Shown: piece by piece, positions 57,183-64,000 of the stretch
How positions within the stretch are numbered: the first letter of the stretch is position 1
How the letters are laid out: each line of letters starts with the position of its first letter
Assembly (NCBI GenBank): GCA_964541235.1
Contig: CAZIPI010000002.1
Span: forward strand, 66,965-130,964
Direction of reading: 5' to 3'
Source: an uncultured bacterium
GTDB lineage: Bacteria; Fermentibacterota; Fermentibacteria; Fermentibacterales; JCC-6
DNA length: 64,000 nt
Notes under the pieces: generated by a model
What the model saw: the letters and a program-made list of their open reading frames with translations, nothing else
Database searches by the model: none
Told to the model about the DNA's origin: nothing
Program-made: the position numbers and the translations under genes

Positions 57183-57899
57183 CTAGAAGGAGGACTTGAT
57201 CTCGCCCCAGGTGGTTCTGGTGAGAGCGGTCTCACCCCACATGAAGCCCAGAAGGTTCTCCCAGATGGCAACGCCCTGGCCTGCGTAGGCCGGTGTGAAG
57301 CCGCTGATCACGCTGCTGCCGTCATTGGCCACGCAGATGCCGGCCTGACCGGCCTGAGCGCTGGCAGTCCAGCCGGTGACCGGGGTAGCGTTGGAAACGG
57401 TTATCCTGTTGTTAAGGATACCAAGACCCGGGTCAGCCCAGCCCCAGTCGGTGATTCCGTCGCAGATGGGGTGGCCGGTTTCCCATGCGTAGTGGGGGAT
57501 TACCCCGCCGCTGATGGTGGTCAGGGAGGCAAGACCCATGGCCTGAGCGAGGAAGCCGCTGTAGGAGCCGTTCAGCTGCCAGCTTGCGAAGAAGATCTTG
57601 GCCGCGCCGGTGTCGTACAGATCCTTCACGCCGCCGTAGTAGATATCGTTGGTGCTGTTGTACCAGCCCTCGATAACGATGATGTCCCAGCCGGCGCCAA
57701 GTGAGTTGAGGGCGGCGTTGAAGCTTGCGGCATTGCCGTTGTGGGCGCTGACGGAGGCGCCGGGCCAGAGGTTGGTGATGGCGGTGGTGACGGCGGTGCC
57801 GTAACCGAGCTGAACATCGTGGTAAACCAGGATGTTCGCTGGGGGCTGCGCGAAGAGAAGCGCAGAGAGAACAATGACGATACCTGCGAACAGACGCAT
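57183..57899 (-). CDS. secreted hypothetical protein
   Basis: Signal peptide MRLFAGIVIVLSALLFA. Gly/Ala/Thr-rich with several Trp. No known domain. Confidence 0.5.
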   Translation of the reverse strand: MRLFAGIVIVLSALLFAQPPANILVYHDVQLGYGTAVTTAITNLWPGASVSAHNGNAASFNAALNSLGAGWDIIVIEGWYNSTNDIYYGGVKDLYDTGAAKIFFASWQLNGSYSGFLAQAMGLASLTTISGGVIPHYAWETGHPICDGITDWGWADPGLGILNNRITVSNATPVTGWTASAQAGQAGICVANDGSSVISGFTPAYAGQGVAIWENLLGFMWGETALTRTTWGEIKSSF

Positions 57900-58020
57900 T
57901 TGTTTCCCCTTCCTATGTTATGGTTCCCGAGACTCTGACCGGTTAGAGCCAAGGCAAACATTAATGTAAAACTTCCCGCAGGCGGTTGTCAACTCATGTC
58001 ATGCCGGCGCTCTTTGGTGG

Positions 58021-60447
58021 TTATCTTCTTTTGATCCTGCAGACCCTTCCCGCAGTCTCGCCCGCGCCTTCAATGCCAACGACCTTCGAGCCTTCGGCTT
58101 CCGCCGCTTTGACCCTGGCTGCCATGGGGGTGAACTCAAGTTCAAGCCATCGTCTGTCCGAAGGGCTCAGGACGATCACATCCGCTTCCTCGGGAGTGCC
58201 CTCCACCTCGATGTCCGGGCCGCCTTCGATCCGGAACCTTCCCCTGGGGCAGAGCAGGCTGTCCCTTCCCACTGCAAGGGTTCCGGCAGGATAGTGTCTG
58301 AAGGTCACGGGGCACCTCAGGGAGCATATCAGACAGATGCCTTCCTCGTCCGAGTGGGGCAGGCAGGCTCTGCCGGGCCAGGGGAACTTAACGCTGATGG
58401 CGGCCGTGGGACAAGCATCTGCGCAGTTGCCGCAGCCCGTGCAGTCGGTCTGACCCAGAGGAAGGTCCATTGCCGGCCTGACCCTCGTGTCGAATCCCCT
58501 TGCCACGAAACCCAGGGCCGGCCTCTGCAGGAGGAGGGTGCATGTGCGAATGCACTTCCCGCACAGGATGCACTTGTTGGCGTCATAGATCATCAGTTCA
58601 TGGCTCTCGTCCACCCGCTCCCGGGCAGTCTTGCCCCTGAACCTGTCCATGTCGATGCCGTACTCCTCGCAGAGGAGCCTCAGGTCGCAGTCGTCGTACC
58701 TGATGCAGCCGCAGGAGAGGCATCTGGCAGTTTCATCCTGACACTGGGCGGAGGTGATGGGCAGCGCGACCTCCACATCCATCCCGCGCCTCATCTCGGG
58801 GGGAACGGCGCCCTGGCGGTTGGCCGGCTTCTCTTCCCTGTCAGGCAGAAGGTCCCTTCCAGGTTTCTCCCAGAACCCTTTGCTCGCCCTGAACGGGAAG
58901 TGTCTCTCGAAACCCGTGAGATGGGCATGGATGGCCTCAGCCGCGTTCCTTCCATCCCTTATGGAATCAATGACCACAGTTGGTCCGTGATAGGCCGCAT
59001 CACCCGCTGCGAAAACGCCGGCCAGGCTTGTGGCGACGCCTGTGTCGCCGCCGGTGTCGATGGTCTTCCAGCGGGTGATCCCCACTTCACCGTTCAGCCC
59101 GTCCAGAAGCGGTTCCTGCCCTATGGCGCTCACCGCGAGGTCGCACTCCAGAAGGAACTCGCTCCCCTCAAGGGGAACCGGGCTCCTTCTTCCCGACGCG
59201 TCCGGCTCGCCCAGGGTCATCCTGATGCACTGAAGCCCGAGAAGCTTCTTCTCCTCCGTGCGCTTGATGCCCACGGGAGCCGCCAGCTCCATTAGCTCGA
59301 CGCCCTCCTCCAGGGCCTCCTCGATCTCCAGGCTGTCACAGGGCATTTCCAGGCGTGTGCGCCTGTAGAGGATGATCACTCGGTCTGCACCCAGACGCCA
59401 GGCCGTACGCGCGGCGTCCATGGCTGTGTTGCCGCCGCCTACCACGACCACCGTTCCCGAGAGAGGCGATCTTTCGCTGGCGTTGGCCACAAGAAAGTCA
59501 GCTCCGGTCACCACCCCCTCTGTGTCATGCTCGCCTTCAACCCTCATGGCCTTGCCGCTCCACGCTCCCGGAGAGAGGAGGACCGCGTCGTGGGTCCTTC
59601 TGAGCTCGTCCAGGCTCATGTCCGTTCCTATTCTGGTGTTGAGGATCGTCTTGCACCCTGAAGCCTTCTGAATGAATGCTATCTCGCTGTCGAGTATCCT
59701 GTCCGGGAGCCTGTACTCGGGTATCCCGTAGCGCAGCATGCCCCCCGGTCTGTCCATGGCTTCGAACAGAACGGGGCTGTGACCCCACAGACCCAGGAAG
59801 TACGCGGCGGTAAGCCCTGCGGGGCCTGTTCCCACGATGGCCACCTTCTTCCCGGTCGGGGCCATCCTTTCCGGAACCTGGTCGTAAACACCATCCTGCT
59901 CCATCAGGAACCGCTTCACCCAGTTGATGGATACGCACTCGTCGATCTCGGCCCTGTAGCACTGGTCTTCGCAGGCCCTGACGCATACCCTTCCGCAAAC
60001 GGCCGGAAGTGGGTTCCTCTCCCTGATGAGCCGGACAGCCTCGATGTAACGCCCCTGGGCGGCCAGAGCCAGGTACCCCTGGATGTCAACGTTTCCGGGG
60101 CAGCCGGTGAGGCACGGGGAAACACAGTCGGCCCAGTGGTTCGAGAGAAGGAGCTCGAGGGCGGTCCTTCGCGCCGCGCGCACCCTCGTGGAGTCCGTCG
60201 TGACAGCCATTCCCTCGCTCACCGGAGTTGAGCAAGCCGGGGCCAGGTTCCTTCTGCCCTCGACTTCCACCACGCACACATAACATGACGTGAAGGGCTC
60301 GGAGCCCTTCATGTGGCAGAGCGTTGGAATAGTGCCGAGGCCGTTTTCGCGCACGACGTCGAGTATTGTGTCGCCGGGTTTCGCCTCGACAGTTGCGCCG
60401 TTGATGGTAACCTTCAAGACCGACCTCCTATTCCCTGATGATGGCAT
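58021..60447 (-). CDS. fusion of NuoG-like 2Fe-2S N-terminal domain, GltD-like FAD/NAD(P) oxidoreductase and 4Fe-4S ferredoxin domains (StnC/NfnB-like)
   Basis: 2Fe-2S motif (TLCH...CYVCVV...C). GltD-like Rossmann site VAIVGTGPAGLTAAYFL. Multiple CxxCxxCxxxCP clusters in the C-terminal third. Confidence 0.75.
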   Translation of the reverse strand: MPSSGNRRSVLKVTINGATVEAKPGDTILDVVRENGLGTIPTLCHMKGSEPFTSCYVCVVEVEGRRNLAPACSTPVSEGMAVTTDSTRVRAARRTALELLLSNHWADCVSPCLTGCPGNVDIQGYLALAAQGRYIEAVRLIRERNPLPAVCGRVCVRACEDQCYRAEIDECVSINWVKRFLMEQDGVYDQVPERMAPTGKKVAIVGTGPAGLTAAYFLGLWGHSPVLFEAMDRPGGMLRYGIPEYRLPDRILDSEIAFIQKASGCKTILNTRIGTDMSLDELRRTHDAVLLSPGAWSGKAMRVEGEHDTEGVVTGADFLVANASERSPLSGTVVVVGGGNTAMDAARTAWRLGADRVIILYRRTRLEMPCDSLEIEEALEEGVELMELAAPVGIKRTEEKKLLGLQCIRMTLGEPDASGRRSPVPLEGSEFLLECDLAVSAIGQEPLLDGLNGEVGITRWKTIDTGGDTGVATSLAGVFAAGDAAYHGPTVVIDSIRDGRNAAEAIHAHLTGFERHFPFRASKGFWEKPGRDLLPDREEKPANRQGAVPPEMRRGMDVEVALPITSAQCQDETARCLSCGCIRYDDCDLRLLCEEYGIDMDRFRGKTARERVDESHELMIYDANKCILCGKCIRTCTLLLQRPALGFVARGFDTRVRPAMDLPLGQTDCTGCGNCADACPTAAISVKFPWPGRACLPHSDEEGICLICSLRCPVTFRHYPAGTLAVGRDSLLCPRGRFRIEGGPDIEVEGTPEEADVIVLSPSDRRWLELEFTPMAARVKAAEAEGSKVVGIEGAGETAGRVCRIKRR

Positions 60448-62140
60448 CGAAGGGGCACGCCTCGAAGCATGCTCCGCACTTCGTGCACTTGTGGCTGTCG
60501 ATGGAGTGCACCTGCCCCCTCTGCCCGCTCACGGCGTTCACCGGGCACGCTCTGGCGCAAAGGGTGCAGCCCCGGCAGGTCTCCGGATCCACAGTGAATG
60601 TGATCAGGGCCCTGCATGATCCGGCCGGACATTTCTTCCCTGTTATGTGGGCCTCGTACTCGTCCCTGAAATAGCGAAGAGTGGTGAGGATGGGGTTTGG
60701 CGCCGTCTGTCCCAGGCCGCAGAGGCTGCCGTCTATGATCTGGCGGCCAAGTGTCTCGAGGAAGGTTGTGTCGTCGGCCTTTCCCTCTCCGGCAGTGATC
60801 CTTTCCAGAGTCTCCAGAAGCCTCCGGTTGCCCACACGGCAGAATGTGCACTTCCCGCAGGACTCATCGCAGGTGAAGCTGAGGAAGAACCTGGCGATGT
60901 CCACCATGCAGCTGGTGTCGTCCATTACCACCATACCCCCGGAACCCATTATGGCACCCGTGGCGGGGATGGACTCGAAATCCACAGGAGTATCAGCGAG
61001 ATGTTCGGGAATGCAGCCTCCGGACGGGCCGCCCATCTGCACCGCCTTGAAGGCCCTGTCGCCCTTGATGCCTCCTCCTATCCCGAACACCAGGTGCCTT
61101 ATTGGGGTGCCCATGGCCACCTCGGCAAGACCGCCCCGCTTCACCTTGCCAGCCAGTGCGAACACCTTGGTCCCCGGGCTTTTCTCGGTGCCCCGGGTCC
61201 TGAATGCCGCGGCTCCGTTCCTCAATATCCATGGAACACACGCGTATGTCTCCACGTTGTTGTTGTTGGTGGGTCTGCCGAAAAGGCCTTTCTCGGCGGG
61301 GTAGGGAGGCCTGAAGGTGGGCATTCCCCTCTTGCCCTCGATGCTCCTGAAAAGAGCGGTCTCTTCACCGCATACGAATGCGCCGGCCCCCATCTTCACC
61401 TTCAGGTGGACCCCGTCGGCGAACCCCCTCTCTTCGGCCTGTGCGATGGCGTTCTCAAGCCTTCTCACGGCCAGCGGGTACTCGGCCCGGCAGTAGATGT
61501 AGCCGTTCCTGGCTCCTATGGCCCTGGCGGCTATCATCATGCCTTCAATGACTGCATGCGGGTCGCCCTCGATTATGGACCTGTCCATGAATGCGCCCGG
61601 ATCGCCTTCGTCGGCGTTGCAGATGATGTACTTCTCGTCCCCGGAAGCGGAGGCGGCGAACGACCACTTCAGACCGGTGGGGAAACCGGCTCCCCCCCGG
61701 CCCCTGAGGCCGGAATCCTTGATGAGCTGGATTATCTCCCCGGGGGACATTCCACGCGCCTTCCCAAGAGCCTCATAGCCGCCGGTCGCGATGTAGTCCT
61801 CCATGCTGTCAGGGTCTATGATCCCGCAGTTCCGGAGCACCAGCCTGTCCTGCTTGGCCAGGAAGTCGCTCTGGCTCCCCCCGCCGTCACTGCTCCAGAC
61901 AAGCATGCCCGAGGGGTCACCACCTGCTCCGATCTCGATGGCGGCTTCGGGAGTAACCTCGCCGTAGATCCTTCTCCGGTCGCCCTCACGCACCTCGACC
62001 AGGGGTTCAACAAAACACATGCCAATGCAGCCGGTACCCGAGAGCAGAAAGTCTCCGGGGTTGTCCCGAAGCGCCTCCATCACTTTCCCGGCACCGGCGG
62101 ACAGCCCGCAGGTCCCGGTCCCCACCAGTATCCTTCTCAT
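60428..62140 (-). CDS. NuoF/HoxF-type NAD(H)-binding FMN/4Fe-4S subunit with extra ferredoxin domains
   Basis: GGAGFPTGLKW (FMN/NADH site) and ICNADEGDPGAF. C-terminal 2x CxxCxxCxxxCP. Confidence 0.85.
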   Translation of the reverse strand: MRRILVGTGTCGLSAGAGKVMEALRDNPGDFLLSGTGCIGMCFVEPLVEVREGDRRRIYGEVTPEAAIEIGAGGDPSGMLVWSSDGGGSQSDFLAKQDRLVLRNCGIIDPDSMEDYIATGGYEALGKARGMSPGEIIQLIKDSGLRGRGGAGFPTGLKWSFAASASGDEKYIICNADEGDPGAFMDRSIIEGDPHAVIEGMMIAARAIGARNGYIYCRAEYPLAVRRLENAIAQAEERGFADGVHLKVKMGAGAFVCGEETALFRSIEGKRGMPTFRPPYPAEKGLFGRPTNNNNVETYACVPWILRNGAAAFRTRGTEKSPGTKVFALAGKVKRGGLAEVAMGTPIRHLVFGIGGGIKGDRAFKAVQMGGPSGGCIPEHLADTPVDFESIPATGAIMGSGGMVVMDDTSCMVDIARFFLSFTCDESCGKCTFCRVGNRRLLETLERITAGEGKADDTTFLETLGRQIIDGSLCGLGQTAPNPILTTLRYFRDEYEAHITGKKCPAGSCRALITFTVDPETCRGCTLCARACPVNAVSGQRGQVHSIDSHKCTKCGACFEACPFDAIIRE

Positions 62141-62601
62141 CGGGCACCTCCTGCGGCAAACGCCCTCAAGACCTTGACGGCTCCCGGGGGGGTCAGTTTA
62201 CCAAAAGTCTCCCCGTCAATCATCATCACGGGGGAGAGCGAACAGCATCCGAGGCATGCCACGGTGTGAAGCGTGAACAGCATGTCTTCGGTGGTGCCGC
62301 CTGGAGACACTCCAAGCTCGATGGAGAGCGCTTCCACAATTCTTCCTGCGCCTGCCACGTGACAGGCGGTGCCGGTGCACACCCTGATGATGTGCTTCCC
62401 GGAAGGGGTGAACGAGAACTGGCTGTAAAAGGAGGCCACCCCGTAGATCTGCGCCTCGGGTTCCCCTGTGGCTTCGGCGATTCGGGTGATGGTATCCCGT
62501 GAGATGAACCCGAATTCGGTCTGAGCGGCCTGAAGCAGCGGGATCACCGCCTCCGAGCTTCCCCGTGACTCCCGGGCCAGTTCAGCGAAGGATCGCTTCA
62601 T
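62137..62601 (-). CDS. NuoE/HoxE-type 2Fe-2S thioredoxin-like subunit
   Basis: CTGTAC...CLGCC cysteine pattern. 154 aa. ATGA overlap with the NuoF-like gene. Confidence 0.85.
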   Translation of the reverse strand: MKRSFAELARESRGSSEAVIPLLQAAQTEFGFISRDTITRIAEATGEPEAQIYGVASFYSQFSFTPSGKHIIRVCTGTACHVAGAGRIVEALSIELGVSPGGTTEDMLFTLHTVACLGCCSLSPVMMIDGETFGKLTPPGAVKVLRAFAAGGAR

Positions 62602-62648
62602 GCACTTTCCTTTCCTTTAGCAGCCGAGACAACACACTCAAAACGAGA

Positions 62649-62675
62649 AGGGGGCACCACCAAGAGCAGTGCCCC
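62649..62675. terminator. hairpin downstream of gdhA
   Basis: GGGGGCAC-CACCAAGAGCA-GTGCCCCC, an 8-bp GC stem lying a few tens of nt after the gdhA stop on the minus strand. Confidence 0.45.
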
Positions 62676-62690
62676 CTTCAACTTACATCA

Positions 62691-62717
62691 TCAAACTAAT
62701 CTTTCTTAGTCCGTCCC
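62691..62717. repeat. solo copy of the MITE terminal repeat
   Basis: CAAACTAATCTTTCTTAGTCCGTCCCC is the reverse complement of GGGGACGGACTAAGAAAGATTAGTTTG. It matches the 38985 left repeat at 26 of 27 positions and abuts the gdhA stop codon. Confidence 0.5.

Positions 62718-64000
<1,283 letters not shown>

Noticed and set aside
60647-62269. 540-aa plus-strand ORF.
   Set aside because: It is antisense to the NuoF-like and NuoE-like genes, with low-complexity Pro/Gly/Ala-rich translation.

Overview
This is a high-GC (~65%) bacterial chromosomal segment that is densely coding, mostly on the minus strand. I found no CRISPR array, integrase, transposase or prophage genes.

Recognisable core genes:
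- A glycine-cleavage operon, gcvT-gcvH-gcvPA-gcvPB, on the minus strand.
- A separate lpd-like flavoprotein translationally coupled to an M16 peptidase pair.
- priA.
- A conserved cluster tilS-hpt-ftsH-folE-folP-cdaA (c-di-AMP cyclase).
- folC, and tsaE-tsaB followed by a RimI-purine nucleoside phosphorylase fusion.
- xth.
- tRNA-Met/Ile2(CAU) and tRNA-Val(UAC).
- A NuoE/NuoF/(NuoG-N + GltD-like) three-gene flavin/Fe-S complex, resembling Stn/Nfn-type electron-bifurcating transhydrogenases, directly downstream of a 5'-truncated NADP-glutamate dehydrogenase gene that runs off the window.

Signalling genes:
- A 1005-aa class-III nucleotidyl cyclase-STAND ATPase-TPR protein.
- A PAS-GGDEF diguanylate cyclase.
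- A PorX/PorY-like two-component pair: a receiver-PglZ response regulator plus a sensor kinase with a zinc-ribbon in its extracytoplasmic loop.

Less ordinary content:
- Three tandem, translationally coupled paralogs of a secreted ~200-aa protein with an invariant MCY...YICPVCG...C..C cysteine motif. I do not recognise the family.
- A hydantoinase/MutL-like ASKHA ATPase (622 aa) translationally coupled (TAATG) to a 375-aa partner, co-directional with two small genes right behind the gcv operon.
- Two fused ABC exporters coupled by stop/start overlaps to a ComEC-like MBL-fold lipoprotein.
- Two tandem paralogous secreted ~300-aa proteins.
- An AT-rich ~165-bp MITE-like element with ~27-bp imperfect terminal inverted repeats between tilS and the tRNA(CAU), plus a solo copy of the same repeat next to gdhA.

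The ORF track uses alternative start codons shown as M, so several real starts are downstream of the listed ones. Coordinates for RNA and repeat features are hand-counted and may be off by 1-3 nt.
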